This document shows positions 1 to 11,692 of a stretch of 64,000 nt of DNA, one piece after another. Both the position numbers and the translations under genes were made by a program. Position 1 is the stretch's first letter, and every line of letters starts with the position of its first letter. This DNA is from Escherichia coli (lineage in GTDB: Bacteria > Pseudomonadota > Gammaproteobacteria > Enterobacterales > Enterobacteriaceae). The notes under the pieces were generated by a model. The model was not told the origin of the DNA. It ran no database searches and worked only from the letters and a program-made list of their open reading frames with translations. The stretch is from assembly GCF_003334385.1 (NCBI RefSeq), contig NZ_QOWN01000025.1. One strand, 5' to 3'.

Positions 1-626
1 ATCCGGCTCGTCAGCGGGAAGGCACAGGGCGGCAACTTATTGCTGGTGCTTTGCAATATACGCAAGACCTCGACTATCTTTCGGTGAGTTTTGGTTACAC
101 CGGGGAGTTATGGCGTTTCTGGCAACGCTGCGGTTTTGTGCTGGTGCGGATGGGTAATCATCGGGAAGCCAGCAGCGGTTGCTATACGGCGATGGCGCTG
201 TTACCGATGAGTGATGCGGGTAAACAGCTGGCTGAACGTGAGCATTACCGTTTACGTCGCGATGCGCAAGCTCTCGCGCAGTGGAATGGCGAAACGCTTC
301 CTGTTGATCCACTAAACGATGCCGTCCTTTCTGACGACGACTGGCTTGAACTGGCCGGTTTTGCTTTCGCTCATCGTCCGCTATTAACGTCGTTAGGTTG
401 CTTATTGCGTCTGTTACAAACCAGTGAACTGGCATTACCGGCGCTGCGTGGGCGTTTACAGAAAAACGCCAGTGATGCGCAGTTATGTACCACACTTAAA
501 CTTTCAGGCCGCAAGATGTTACTGGTCCGTCAGCGGGAAGAGGCCGCGCAGGCGCTGTTCGCACTTAATGATGTTCGCACTGAGCGTCTGCGCGATCGCA
601 TAACGCAATGGCAATTATTTCACTGA
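1..626 (+). CDS. tmcA: tRNA(Met) cytidine acetyltransferase TmcA, C-terminal part (5' end outside window)
   Basis: Open frame from position 3 to the stop at 626; translation matches the TmcA C-terminus; position upstream of ypfH as in E. coli. Confidence 0.85.
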   Translation, partial: PARQREGTGRQLIAGALQYTQDLDYLSVSFGYTGELWRFWQRCGFVLVRMGNHREASSGCYTAMALLPMSDAGKQLAEREHYRLRRDAQALAQWNGETLPVDPLNDAVLSDDDWLELAGFAFAHRPLLTSLGCLLRLLQTSELALPALRGRLQKNASDAQLCTTLKLSGRKMLLVRQREEAAQALFALNDVRTERLRDRITQWQLFH

Positions 627-699
627 CTCCTTCAATTTTATCTCATGGTCATTGTGAGTCAGCGGCGTAAAATTAATGACATCAGTTAAGGAGTTCGCC

Positions 700-1398
700 A
701 TGAAACATGACCATTTTGTTGTTCAAAGCCCGGATAAACCTGCGCAACAGTTGTTACTGCTTTTCCACGGTGTCGGGGATAACCCGGTGGCAATGGGGGA
801 AATAGGCAACTGGTTTGCACCGCTGTTTCCTGATGCGCTGGTGGTGAGTGTCGGTGGCGCGGAGCCGAGCGGTAATCCGGCGGGGCGTCAGTGGTTTTCG
901 GTGCAGGGTATTACGGAAGATAATCGCCAGGCGCGTGTGGATGCGATCATGCCGACGTTTATTGAAACGGTGCGCTACTGGCAGAAACAGAGCGGAGTAG
1001 GGGCTAACGCCACGGCGCTCATCGGTTTCTCTCAAGGCGCGATTATGGTGCTGGAGAGCATTAAAGCCGAACCGGGCCTTGCTTCACGCGTCATTGCTTT
1101 TAACGGACGCTATGCGAGCCTGCCGGAAACTGCGTCTACAGCCACGACAATTCACCTGATTCATGGCGGTGAAGATCCGGTTATCGATCTGGCGCATGCG
1201 GTTGCGGCGCAGGAAGCGTTAATCAGTGCCGGTGGTGACGTGACGCTGGATATCGTGGAGGATTTAGGCCATGCGATCGACAATCGCAGTATGCAATTTG
1301 CCCTGGATCACTTGCGTTATACCATTCCGAAACATTATTTCGACGAAGCGCTAAGTGGCGGTAAGCCTGGCGATGATGATGTGATTGAAATGATGTAA
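700..1398 (+). CDS. ypfH: esterase YpfH
   Basis: ORF 676..1398; internal Met giving 232 aa (MKHDHFVVQSPDK...) matches YpfH; alpha/beta hydrolase GFSQG motif. Confidence 0.9.
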   Translation: MKHDHFVVQSPDKPAQQLLLLFHGVGDNPVAMGEIGNWFAPLFPDALVVSVGGAEPSGNPAGRQWFSVQGITEDNRQARVDAIMPTFIETVRYWQKQSGVGANATALIGFSQGAIMVLESIKAEPGLASRVIAFNGRYASLPETASTATTIHLIHGGEDPVIDLAHAVAAQEALISAGGDVTLDIVEDLGHAIDNRSMQFALDHLRYTIPKHYFDEALSGGKPGDDDVIEMM

Positions 1399-1413
1399 AA
1401 GACAGATTACCTG

Positions 1414-1492
1414 GCCTGATAAGACGCGTGAGCGTCGCATCAGGCATCGTTCACCATTGCCGGATGCGGCGTTAACGCCTTATCCGGCCTAC
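1414..1492. repeat. REP elements (BIME) between ypfH and ypfN
   Basis: Imperfect palindromes gcctgataagacgcg...cgcatcaggc and gccggatgcggcg...ccttatccggcctac typical of E. coli REP. Confidence 0.8.
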
Positions 1493-1507
1493 GGTTGAGC
1501 ACTCAGC

Positions 1508-1708
1508 TTACTTCTTCGGTTGATCCTTTTTCGGCCAGTCGTCGTCATCGTCCCACTTATCGTTGAAATCACGATGCGGGGGAAGCTCCGGCTTGTTGGC
1601 GAGAAATTTCTTATGGTCGACGCGCTTGAGATCTTTAATCACGTTCAGCAGGACGCCTACCAAAAAGACAATCACCAGAATCCACCAATATTTAGCCAGC
1701 CAGTCCAT
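1508..1708 (-). CDS. ypfN: small membrane protein YpfN (66 aa)
   Basis: ORF 1508..1732; [21 protein letters not shown]... matches YpfN; single TM helix. Confidence 0.85.
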
Positions 1709-1735
1709 GCTTATTTCCTCTTGCAGAACCACTCA

Positions 1736-2863
1736 TCAGGCGACGAGCTGTTCCATGATACGTTGATACATACGGGCAAGTAGCTGCAGGTCGGCAGCGT
1801 TCACACATTCATTAATTTTATGAATAGTGGCATTGACCGGCCCGAGTTCCACCACCTGCGCCCCCATGCGGGCAATAAAGCGCCCGTCGGACGTTCCGCC
1901 TGTGGTCAGTAGCTGCGGTTTAATTTCATTATAGTGCTCAACCGCGTTAACGACCGCATCCACCAGTTTACCGCGCGCGGTCAAAAATGGCTGCCCGGAA
2001 AGCCACCAATCCACCGTATAGCGCAGTTGATGTTTTTCAAGCAGGGCAAGCACCTGCGCTTTGATCATCTCATCAGTCAGTTCGGTGCTGAAGCGGAAGT
2101 TAAACTGCACAAACAGTTCACCCGGAATAACGTTGTTACTGCCCGTTCCCGCCTGAATATTGGCAATCTGCATACTGGTCGCCGGGAAGAATTCATTGCC
2201 CTGATCCCACTCAATAGCCACTAATTCATTAAGGAAAGGTGCTGCGCGATGTACCGGATTGTCAGCCAGATGTGGGTAGGCAACATGCCCCTGAACGCCA
2301 TGAATGGTAAGGTTGCAGGTTAATGATCCGCGACGACCATTTTTCACCACATCACCTACCACTTCGATACTCGACGGTTCGCCAACCAGGCAGTAATCGA
2401 GACGCTCATTACGTGCCATTAACGCTTCGACGACTTTTACCGTACCGTTGTGGGCACTGGCTTCTTCATCAGAGGTGATCAGAAATGCCAGTCGCCCCGT
2501 ATGGTTGGGATGTTGTGCGACAAAACGTTCTGCCGCCACCACCATCGCCGCCAGCGAGCCTTTCATATCTGCCGCACCGCGCCCGAATAACATGCCGTCA
2601 CGAATGGTGGGTTCAAACGGGGGATTGATCCAACGATCGGCGTCGCCAGGCGGCACCACGTCGGTATGCCCGGCAAAGGCTAACGTTTCACCCTGCCCAC
2701 GCCATGCCCAAAAATTCTGCGTATCGGCAAAGTCCATGCGTTCAACGGTAAAACCGATCGCCTGCAAACGTTCAATCAACAAAGCCTGGCATCCTGCATC
2801 ATCAGGACTCAGGGAAGGGCGGCGAATAAGCTGTTGTGTCAGCTCAATAACCGGGCACGACAT
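1736..2863 (-). CDS. dapE: succinyl-diaminopimelate desuccinylase
   Basis: 375 aa; M20 peptidase motifs; matches E. coli DapE. Confidence 0.95.
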
Positions 2864-2866
2864 AGA

Positions 2867-3241
<375 letters not shown>

Positions 3242-3603
3242 TTATGAGAATAAATACTCATTTAAGGGTGAAAACATTTTGCCTGCAAATGATTATCAGG
3301 AAATATAACATTATCGAAGTATTCAAATTAACAACTATTAAATAATATTAAACATTTTTAACGTAAACATTAAGAATATTCATCTTGTTATCTGTCTGTA
3401 TTTTAACCAGAATTAAATCAGTATTAGATGCCGTATGAATATCTCGAAATGTTGCTGTGTATCACATACAAATCATCACCGCAGGACCATAGTATTTACA
3501 TAAGATTTGTCCCCCGGAGGTAGTCATCGCAGCAATCGAGTAAATTAGCTTCACCACGGTATATTGTTTCCGTAGAATACCCATAATTATAAGAGAGGTT
3601 GTT

Positions 3604-3663
3604 ATGATTGAACGTGAACTGGGGAACTGGAAAGACTTTATCGAAGTTATGCTTCGTAAGTAA
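3604..3663 (+). CDS. ypfM: small protein YpfM (19 aa)
   Basis: atg...taa encoding MIERELGNWKDFIEVMLRK between yffB and acrD; matches the known K-12 small protein. Confidence 0.75.
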   Translation: MIERELGNWKDFIEVMLRK

Positions 3664-3723
3664 TTCCTGAGACAAAGTACAAACAGCAAGAACCCGCTGA
3701 GCAGGTTCTTAATCGGAAAGTTG

Positions 3724-3756
3724 AAAAAGGCGACACATTGGCATGTCGCCTTTTTT
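3724..3756. terminator. bidirectional rho-independent terminator (ypfM / acrD)
   Basis: aaaaaggcgacacattggcatgtcgcctttttt: GC stem flanked by A and T tracts, directly after the acrD stop. Confidence 0.75.
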
Positions 3757-3761
3757 ATTGC

Positions 3762-6700
3762 TTATTCCGGGCGCGGCTTCAGCGGGAAGCGGCGGCGCAC
3801 CAGCACAAAGAACAGCGGCACGAAGTAAATAGCCAGAATAGTGGCCGAAATCATCCCGCCCATTACGCCAGTACCCACCGCATGCTGACCACCGGAACCG
3901 GCACCCGTGCTGGTTGCCATTGGCAATACGCCGAAGATAAATGCCAGCGAGGTCATCAGAATCGGGCGTAAACGCTGACGGCAGGCGTGGAGCGTCGCTT
4001 CAAACAGGTCGTGGCCTTTTTGGTTCATCTCGTTAGCAAACTCGACGATCAGGATGGCGTTTTTCGCCGATAAACCAATGACCGTTAACAGGCCCACCTG
4101 GAAGTAAACGTCGTTTTCCAGCCCGCGCATCCAGGTTGCCAGCAGCGCGCCGATTACCCCCAGCGGCACGACCAGCATTACCGAGAACGGCACCGACCAG
4201 CTTTCATACAACGCAGCCAGACACAGGAATACCACCAGCAAGGAAATGGCGTACAGCGCCGGAGCCTGCGCGCCGGAAAGCCGCTCCTGATACGACATCG
4301 CCGTCCACTCCAGACCAAAGCCGTTTGGCAGCTGCTTCACTAACGATTCCATAATATCCATCGCCGTACCGGTACTGACCCCCGGTGCGGCTTCCCCAAC
4401 AATCTCAACCGCAGAATAACCGTTATAGCGTTCCAGACGCGGCGAGCCTGTTTCCCAGCGTGAGGTCGCGAAAGCAGAGAAGGGCACCATGCCGCCATCT
4501 TTATTTCGGACATACCAGAGATTGATGTCATCTGGCAGCATGCGATACGGCGCAGCTGCCTGCACATAGACTTTCTTCACGCGACCGCGATCCATAAAGT
4601 CATTCACATAGCTCGAACCCCAGGCGGTTTGCAGTGTGTCGTTAATATCGTCGATAGCAACGCCCAGCGCCTGAGCTTTACGCTGGTCGATATCAATCTG
4701 CAACTGCGGACTGTCGTCGAGGCCGTTATGGCGCACACGGGTTAGCTCCGGGTTTTCCGCCGCCAGCGCCAGCAACTGATTACGTGCTGCCATCAGCGCA
4801 TCGTGACCCGCTCCAGCGTGGTCCTGCAACTCCATATCAAAACCTGCAGAACTACCAAGACCGCTAATTGCTGGCGGGCTGCTGGCGATAACGCGAGCTT
4901 CTTTAATTTGGTTAAACGCCTTCGTTGCACGCTCGATAATGGCAAACGAGGTGCCGGTCTTACTGTCGCGTTCGCTCCAGTCTTTCAGGCGGATAAACAT
5001 TCGCGCCACGTTTTGCCCGTTACCCCCAGGGCCAGAACCAACGGTGGCAAACACCGACATGATGTTGTCTTTTTCATGGGTGAAGTAGTATTTCTCGATT
5101 TGCTCAACGACTTTCAGGGTCTGTTGTTGCGTTGAACCGCTGGGCAACTGTACCGAGGTAGTAAACATGCCACGGTCTTCCAGCGGTAAGAACGACGTCG
5201 GCAAACGCAGGAACAGGAACACCATGCCGCCAAGCAGCAGGACATAAATCACAATCCAGCGCAGGCTACGGTGGAGAATTTTCGCCACCCCTTTTTCGTA
5301 GCGTTCGGCGTTGCGGTTAAACATCTGGTTAAACCAGGCAAAAAAGCCTTTTTGCCCATGATGCTCACCTTTTTTCAGTGGCTTAAGTAGTGTGGCACAC
5401 AGAGCCGGAGTGAGGATCATCGCTACCAGTACTGACAGCACCATCGCCGCAACAATGGTAATAGAGAACTGGCGATAGATGGCACCGGTGGTGCCGCCGA
5501 AGAAGGCCATTGGTACAAATACCGCCGAAAGAACCATCGCAATCCCGACCAGTGCCCCCTGGATCTGCCCCATCGATTTACGTGTGGCTTCGCGAGGAGT
5601 GAGTCCTTCCTCACTCATAATACGTTCGACGTTTTCCACCACCACGATGGCGTCATCCACCAGCAGACCGATCGCCAGCACCATCGCGAACATGGTTAAG
5701 GTGTTGACGCTGTAACCGAAGGCGTAAAGTACGGAGAAGGTTCCCATCAACACCACCGGCACGGCGATAGTGGGTATCAGCGTGGCGCGGAAGTTTTGCA
5801 GGAACAGATACATAACGAGGAAAACCAGAGCGATAGCTTCCAGCAGCGTTTTCACCACGTCTTCAATGGAGGCTTTAACAAACGAGGTGGTTTCATACGC
5901 CACCTTGTATTCCAGTCCATGCGGGAAATACTGCGCCAGCTCGTCGAGACGATTGAGCACCAGCTCCGCTGTCGCCATTTCGTTAGCGCCGGAGGCCAGT
6001 TTTACCCCCAGCCCGGAGGCTGGCTTACCATTGAAGCGGCTAAGATAATCGTATTTCTCCGCCCCCATTTCGACGGTGGCGACATCGCCCAGCCTTACCT
6101 CTGAGCCGTCCTGATTGACCCGCAAGGTGATATCGCGGAACTGTTCTGGTGTTTGCAGCAGTGACTGGGCGTTAATGGTGGCGTTGAGCGCCTGCTTATC
6201 GACGGAAGGTGTACCACCAAGTTGCCCAACCGCAATCTGCGCGTTCTGTGACTCAATGGCATCAGTGACATCTTTAGCCGTCATCTGGAAACTGTTGAGT
6301 TTCGCCGGGTCCAGCCAGATACGCATGGAATATTGCGAACCATAGGCATCGATATCCCCGACGCCATTCACGCGGCTTAACGGGTCCTGAATATTACTGG
6401 CAACATAATCAGCAATATCCTGTTTATCCATCGAACCATCGGTAGAGACGAAGGCAATGGTCAGAATGTTGGTATCGCCGGTTTTACGCACCGTCACGCC
6501 CTGATTTTGCACCGCCTGCGGTAACTTTCGCATGGCTGATTGCAGCTGGTTTTGTACTTGCTGCACGGCTTCGTCCGGATCGGTGCCTGCTTTAAAACTT
6601 AAAGTGACAGATGCCTGACCGGTGCCACTGCTCTGAGATGACATATACATGAGATTATCGAGGCCGGTCATATTTTGCTCGATAACCTGGGTCACGGTGT

Positions 6701-6875
6701 TTTCCAGCGTCTGGGCCGATGCGCCGGGATAGTTAGCGGTCACTCGCACATTCGGTGGCGCGAGATCGGGGTATTGTTCAACGGGCAATGAAAAAATCGC
6801 CAGGGTACCTGTCAGACACAACAGGATTGCCAGCACCCAGGCAAAAATGGGGCGATCAATAAAGAAATTCGCCAT
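3762..6875 (-). CDS. acrD: RND aminoglycoside efflux pump AcrD
   Basis: 1037 aa; 12-TM RND transporter; sequence matches AcrD. Confidence 0.95.
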   Translation of the reverse strand: MANFFIDRPIFAWVLAILLCLTGTLAIFSLPVEQYPDLAPPNVRVTANYPGASAQTLENTVTQVIEQNMTGLDNLMYMSSQSSGTGQASVTLSFKAGTDPDEAVQQVQNQLQSAMRKLPQAVQNQGVTVRKTGDTNILTIAFVSTDGSMDKQDIADYVASNIQDPLSRVNGVGDIDAYGSQYSMRIWLDPAKLNSFQMTAKDVTDAIESQNAQIAVGQLGGTPSVDKQALNATINAQSLLQTPEQFRDITLRVNQDGSEVRLGDVATVEMGAEKYDYLSRFNGKPASGLGVKLASGANEMATAELVLNRLDELAQYFPHGLEYKVAYETTSFVKASIEDVVKTLLEAIALVFLVMYLFLQNFRATLIPTIAVPVVLMGTFSVLYAFGYSVNTLTMFAMVLAIGLLVDDAIVVVENVERIMSEEGLTPREATRKSMGQIQGALVGIAMVLSAVFVPMAFFGGTTGAIYRQFSITIVAAMVLSVLVAMILTPALCATLLKPLKKGEHHGQKGFFAWFNQMFNRNAERYEKGVAKILHRSLRWIVIYVLLLGGMVFLFLRLPTSFLPLEDRGMFTTSVQLPSGSTQQQTLKVVEQIEKYYFTHEKDNIMSVFATVGSGPGGNGQNVARMFIRLKDWSERDSKTGTSFAIIERATKAFNQIKEARVIASSPPAISGLGSSAGFDMELQDHAGAGHDALMAARNQLLALAAENPELTRVRHNGLDDSPQLQIDIDQRKAQALGVAIDDINDTLQTAWGSSYVNDFMDRGRVKKVYVQAAAPYRMLPDDINLWYVRNKDGGMVPFSAFATSRWETGSPRLERYNGYSAVEIVGEAAPGVSTGTAMDIMESLVKQLPNGFGLEWTAMSYQERLSGAQAPALYAISLLVVFLCLAALYESWSVPFSVMLVVPLGVIGALLATWMRGLENDVYFQVGLLTVIGLSAKNAILIVEFANEMNQKGHDLFEATLHACRQRLRPILMTSLAFIFGVLPMATSTGAGSGGQHAVGTGVMGGMISATILAIYFVPLFFVLVRRRFPLKPRPE

Positions 6876-6945
6876 TAAAAGAGGACCTCGTGTTTCTGCG
6901 TATCGTTGTAGGCTTGACTTGCTTCACTGTAGCGGCAAGGTACGA

Positions 6946-6963
6946 GCCAATCGTGGAGAAAAA
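6946..6963 (-). promoter_or_regulatory. candidate BaeR box upstream of acrD
   Basis: Reverse complement reads tttttctccacgattggc, matching the remembered BaeR consensus TTTTTCTCCATDATTGGC; about 70 bp upstream of the acrD start. Confidence 0.5.
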
Positions 6964-7038
6964 AAGGAGTTAATGTAAATTATCATGCCCTTTTATACTG
7001 AACCTTAAGTGCAAGTATTCTTTGGTCAGTAGGAGGCA

Positions 7039-8739
7039 TTACATTAACTGACTTTCCTCACCCTCCGCAGAGCGAAAGCTAATACTCACTAACGTGCCGC
7101 CGCCGGAAGGTTGTGAAAAAGTCAGCGTCCCACCTAGCCGTTCCGCGCGTTCGCGCATGATATTCAGACCATAATGACCTTCGGGTTCTTTCGGTTCACC
7201 GATACCAATCCCGTTATCACGGATATAAACCGTGTGATTGCCGTCCGGCGCGGTGACGCAACTGACGGCGATTTCGCTGGCGTTGGCGTGCTTCATCGCA
7301 TTCAGCACCGCTTCGCGAATAATTTGCAACAAATGCACCTGCATTTGCGCATCCAGTGCCAGGGTTGGCAGACGGCAGTCGAGGGTCAGTTTGGCGCTGG
7401 TTTGATTTTGTAACGTATCCAGCATTTCCCTCAATGCGGAGGGGAGATCCGCCTGCTGCAGCGTCAGGCGGAAAGTAGTCAACAGCTCGCGTAACTGCCG
7501 ATAAGCATCATTCAACGCCTGGGAAAAATCGGCCATGATACTTTGTGCGGTGGCGTTATCTTCCGGTATCGAACGCTTCAGTAACGTCAACTGGATACGT
7601 AAGTAAGAAAGTACCTGAGCCAGCGAGTCGTGCAATTCGCGGGCGATGGTCGCACGTTCTTCCATCAACAATAATTGCTGAAAATGCTTCTGCGCCTGAT
7701 TAAAGTACAAACCGCGTCCCAGCATCGACGAAACGCTGTTAAGCAGCGGTTCTGATGATGAAACGTGACTATTTTGCCAGTGCAGTTCGCCGTAAACCGT
7801 CTCTTGCATTGTCACCGGTAAAATCTGCATCGGCAATTCCGGGTTTGGTTGCCCTTCGCTAATCCGCCAGTTTTCACCGACATTTAACTCCAGATATTCA
7901 GCCGCTTCATTGTCGCGAACAATCTGCAAAATATGGCGGAAACAATGCACATCAATCTGGCTAGTGTTCAGCGCCTGCGAACACTGATACAACACCTCCA
8001 GACGACGCTTGGCCTCGTGGAGATCGCGGGTCTTTTCTTCTACTGACGCTTCCAGCGAACGGTACAATTTATGCAGCTCGCTCGACATCTGGTTAAAGGT
8101 TTTTGCAAGCAGACCAAGCTCATTCGGCAGGTTGGTATCCAGCGGCGGCGAGTCGAACTGCCCGTGTTCAATACGCTGACTGGCGGTAACCAGCTGATTC
8201 AGCGGGGCAACCACCTGATGGCGTATGCGGCGCAAAGTAAAAAAGACCAGCGTGAAAATACCGATGCCGCCAGCCAGGGAAATCGCCACCACCAGCAGCA
8301 TTTTGCGTTCAGCGTAGTGCTGTAAAGCCAGTACGAACAGGTCTATCTGATTAACATAATTATTAATATTGGCCTGATACCACGGCAAATCGCCCTTGCT
8401 GAGCCGATTATTCATCTCCAGCCAGTTGGCATTCAGATGCGCATAGCGAGTTTTTACTGCTTCTGGCACATACCAGACGTTGAGGTTGGTTAATACCGGT
8501 GAATGCAGTGCCTGCTGAAATAACTGGCGATGTGCATTGAGTTGTGGACTGCCACTTTGCAAGTCGTAGCCCAGGCGGTAACTCTGCATACGCAGCGATC
8601 CGGCAATATTGATAGCCTCAGCGTCGCGCAAACTGCTCGCCAGAGTTAGCAGAGCGATACCCGTGGAAAGAATCGACAGCAGCACAATGTAAAAAAAGGC
8701 CCGGGCCAGACTGGCCGAGACGGGTCGTTTAACAATCAC
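7039..8739 (-). CDS. narQ: nitrate/nitrite sensor histidine kinase NarQ
   Basis: ORF 7039..8754; GTG start gives 566 aa (MIVKRPVSASL...); HAMP plus HisKA_3 plus HATPase. Confidence 0.92.
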   Translation of the reverse strand: MIVKRPVSASLARAFFYIVLLSILSTGIALLTLASSLRDAEAINIAGSLRMQSYRLGYDLQSGSPQLNAHRQLFQQALHSPVLTNLNVWYVPEAVKTRYAHLNANWLEMNNRLSKGDLPWYQANINNYVNQIDLFVLALQHYAERKMLLVVAISLAGGIGIFTLVFFTLRRIRHQVVAPLNQLVTASQRIEHGQFDSPPLDTNLPNELGLLAKTFNQMSSELHKLYRSLEASVEEKTRDLHEAKRRLEVLYQCSQALNTSQIDVHCFRHILQIVRDNEAAEYLELNVGENWRISEGQPNPELPMQILPVTMQETVYGELHWQNSHVSSSEPLLNSVSSMLGRGLYFNQAQKHFQQLLLMEERATIARELHDSLAQVLSYLRIQLTLLKRSIPEDNATAQSIMADFSQALNDAYRQLRELLTTFRLTLQQADLPSALREMLDTLQNQTSAKLTLDCRLPTLALDAQMQVHLLQIIREAVLNAMKHANASEIAVSCVTAPDGNHTVYIRDNGIGIGEPKEPEGHYGLNIMRERAERLGGTLTFSQPSGGGTLVSISFRSAEGEESQLM

Positions 8740-8944
8740 ACGCGTCTTCTCCACAAAAAATCATTAATGTTCCAGTTCGCTGAAACGCAATTTAGTCAGT
8801 GATGGGATTATTTGATCTGCCACAGTTTATAGCGAAATAGTTACTTATTCTGGGCACATGAACATTGCCGATTCCCCTGTAAGTCGGGTAATAACAACAC
8901 TCATATAAAGAATAAGGTTTTTACAACCAAAAAAGAAGGTCGTT

Positions 8945-10924
8945 ATGAATCGTTTTATTATGGCCAACAGTCAGCAATGTCTGGGTTGTCATGCTTGTGA
9001 AATCGCCTGTGTCATGGCTCACAATGATGAGCAACATGTCCTGAGCCAACACCATTTTCATCCCCGAATTACGGTTATCAAACATCAACAGCAACGTAGT
9101 GCAGTGACCTGTCACCATTGTGAAGATGCGCCCTGCGCCCGTAGCTGCCCTAATGGCGCAATCAGCCACGTTGATGACAGCATTCAGGTCAATCAGCAAA
9201 AGTGTATTGGCTGTAAATCCTGCGTGGTGGCCTGTCCTTTTGGTACGATGCAAATCGTCCTGACACCCGTCGCGGCAGGAAAAGTAAAAGCCACGGCGCA
9301 TAAATGCGACCTTTGTGCGGGGCGCGAAAACGGTCCTGCCTGTGTTGAGAATTGCCCGGCGGACGCGCTGCAACTGGTCACTGACGTCGCACTCTCCGGC
9401 ATGGCGAAATCCCGCCGCTTGCGCACCGCGCGTCAGGAACATCAACCGTGGCATGCCAGTACCGCGGCGCAAGAAATGCCGGTAATGAGTAAAGTCGAAC
9501 AAATGCAGGCAACGCCCGCGCGTGGCGAGCCGGATAAACTGGCGATTGAAGCGCGCAAAACCGGTTTTGATGAAATTTATCTGCCATTTCGCGCCGACCA
9601 GGCACAACGGGAAGCCTCGCGCTGCCTTAAGTGCGGCGAGCACAGCGTTTGTGAATGGACCTGCCCGCTGCATAACCATATACCGCAGTGGATTGAACTG
9701 GTGAAAGCCGGAAACATCGACGCCGCCGTCGAGCTTTCTCACCAGACCAACACCCTGCCGGAAATTACCGGACGCGTTTGTCCGCAAGACCGTTTGTGTG
9801 AAGGTGCCTGTACTATTCGCGATGAGCACGGCGCGGTAACTATCGGCAACATTGAACGCTACATTTCAGATCAGGCGTTGGCGAAAGGTTGGCGTCCTGA
9901 CTTAAGCCATGTCACCAAAGTGGACAAGCGGGTGGCGATTATCGGTGCAGGTCCGGCAGGGCTGGCCTGTGCGGATGTTCTGACCCGCAATGGCGTGGGG
10001 GTGACGGTGTACGATCGCCATCCAGAAATCGGTGGCTTGCTCACTTTCGGCATTCCTTCTTTCAAACTGGATAAATCCCTGCTGGCACGCCGTCGGGAAA
10101 TCTTCAGCGCGATGGGGATTCACTTCGAACTCAATTGTGAAGTGGGTAAAGATGTCTCTTTGGATTCGCTTTTGGAACAATACGACGCGGTCTTCGTTGG
10201 CGTAGGCACTTACCGTTCCATGAAAGCGGGTTTACCCAATGAAGATGCGCCGGGCGTTTATGACGCGCTGCCGTTCCTCATTGCCAACACTAAACAGGTG
10301 ATGGGGCTCGAAGAGCTACCGGAAGAGCCGTTTATCAATACCGCCGGACTTAACGTCGTGGTACTGGGCGGCGGCGACACCGCGATGGACTGTGTGCGTA
10401 CCGCACTGCGCCACGGCGCGAGTAACGTCACCTGCGCTTATCGTCGTGATGAAGCTAACATGCCAGGCTCGAAGAAAGAAGTGAAGAACGCCCGCGAAGA
10501 GGGGGCCAACTTCGAATTTAACGTCCAGCCGGTGGCGCTTGAGCTGAATGAACAAGGTCACGTCTGCGGGATTCGTTTCCTGCGCACGCGTCTTGGAGAG
10601 CCGGATGCCCAGGGGCGTCGGCGTCCAGTGCCGGTGGAAGGCAGTGAATTTGTCATGCCAGCCGACGCGGTGATTATGGCGTTTGGCTTCAATCCGCACG
10701 GGATGCCGTGGCTGGAGTCGCACGGTGTAACGGTAGACAAATGGGGCCGCATCATCGCGGATGTGGAAAGCCAGTACCGTTACCAGACCACCAATCCGAA
10801 AATCTTCGCTGGTGGTGACGCCGTGCGTGGTGCGGATCTGGTGGTTACCGCAATGGCAGAAGGACGTCATGCGGCACAGGGGATTATTGACTGGCTGGGG
10901 GTAAAATCAGTCAAATCTCACTGA
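8945..10924 (+). CDS. aegA: anaerobically expressed Fe-S / FAD oxidoreductase AegA
   Basis: 659 aa; N-terminal 4Fe-4S ferredoxin Cys clusters plus GltD-like NAD(P)/FAD domain; matches AegA. Confidence 0.92.
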   Translation: MNRFIMANSQQCLGCHACEIACVMAHNDEQHVLSQHHFHPRITVIKHQQQRSAVTCHHCEDAPCARSCPNGAISHVDDSIQVNQQKCIGCKSCVVACPFGTMQIVLTPVAAGKVKATAHKCDLCAGRENGPACVENCPADALQLVTDVALSGMAKSRRLRTARQEHQPWHASTAAQEMPVMSKVEQMQATPARGEPDKLAIEARKTGFDEIYLPFRADQAQREASRCLKCGEHSVCEWTCPLHNHIPQWIELVKAGNIDAAVELSHQTNTLPEITGRVCPQDRLCEGACTIRDEHGAVTIGNIERYISDQALAKGWRPDLSHVTKVDKRVAIIGAGPAGLACADVLTRNGVGVTVYDRHPEIGGLLTFGIPSFKLDKSLLARRREIFSAMGIHFELNCEVGKDVSLDSLLEQYDAVFVGVGTYRSMKAGLPNEDAPGVYDALPFLIANTKQVMGLEELPEEPFINTAGLNVVVLGGGDTAMDCVRTALRHGASNVTCAYRRDEANMPGSKKEVKNAREEGANFEFNVQPVALELNEQGHVCGIRFLRTRLGEPDAQGRRRPVPVEGSEFVMPADAVIMAFGFNPHGMPWLESHGVTVDKWGRIIADVESQYRYQTTNPKIFAGGDAVRGADLVVTAMAEGRHAAQGIIDWLGVKSVKSH

Positions 10925-10991
10925 TAGCCTGCGCAGACAAACCCGACTTCACAGCGTAAGATAATTGTTCATTTCGCGCTGTGGAGTCGGT

Positions 10992-11567
10992 ATGACGCAA
11001 CAAATCACCCTCATTAAAGACAAAATTCTCTCCGATAACTATTTCACCCTGCACAACATTACTTACGATCTCACGCGCAAAGACGGCGAAGTTATCCGCC
11101 ATAAACGTGAAGTGTACGATCGCGGCAATGGTGCGACGATCCTCCTGTACAACACGAAGAAAAAGACCGTGGTTCTGATTCGTCAGTTCCGTGTCGCTAC
11201 CTGGGTTAATGGCAATGAAAGCGGGCAGCTGATTGAAAGCTGCGCCGGGCTGCTGGATAACGACGAACCGGAAGTGTGTATTCGCAAAGAAGCGATTGAA
11301 GAGACGGGCTATGAAGTGGGTGAAGTGCGCAAATTATTTGAACTGTATATGTCGCCAGGCGGTGTGACTGAGCTAATCCACTTTTTTATCGCCGAATACA
11401 GTGACAATCAGCGCGCTAACGCCGGTGGCGGTGTCGAAGATGAAGATATTGAAGTGCTCGAGCTGCCGTTCAGCCAGGCGCTGGAGATGATCAAAACCGG
11501 CGAGATACGTGACGGTAAGACGGTGTTATTGCTTAACTATTTGCAAACGTCACATTTAATGGACTGA
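10992..11567 (+). CDS. nudK: GDP-mannose pyrophosphatase NudK
   Basis: ORF 10965..11567; Met at 10992 gives 191 aa; Nudix box present. Confidence 0.9.
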   Translation: MTQQITLIKDKILSDNYFTLHNITYDLTRKDGEVIRHKREVYDRGNGATILLYNTKKKTVVLIRQFRVATWVNGNESGQLIESCAGLLDNDEPEVCIRKEAIEETGYEVGEVRKLFELYMSPGGVTELIHFFIAEYSDNQRANAGGGVEDEDIEVLELPFSQALEMIKTGEIRDGKTVLLLNYLQTSHLMD

Positions 11568-11692
11568 AAAATAACAATAATATTTCGTTGTTTATTATTG
11601 GCTCAATCCGACAAATCCGATTGAGCCGCGCTACCTGCGCAACGAAGATACGACTTGTGCTGTTTGTTTGAACTTCTGGGGTCGTACCGTCC

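Noticed and set aside
8755-8944. FNR/NarL sites in the narQ-aegA divergent intergenic region
   Set aside because: A TTGAT half-site is present (tttgatctgccacag) but the partner half-site does not match ATCAA; without a computed PWM score I cannot support a specific site call.
11600-11627. Hairpin ggctcaatccgacaaatccgattgagcc downstream of nudK as a terminator
   Set aside because: Good stem but no flanking U-tract; left uncalled.
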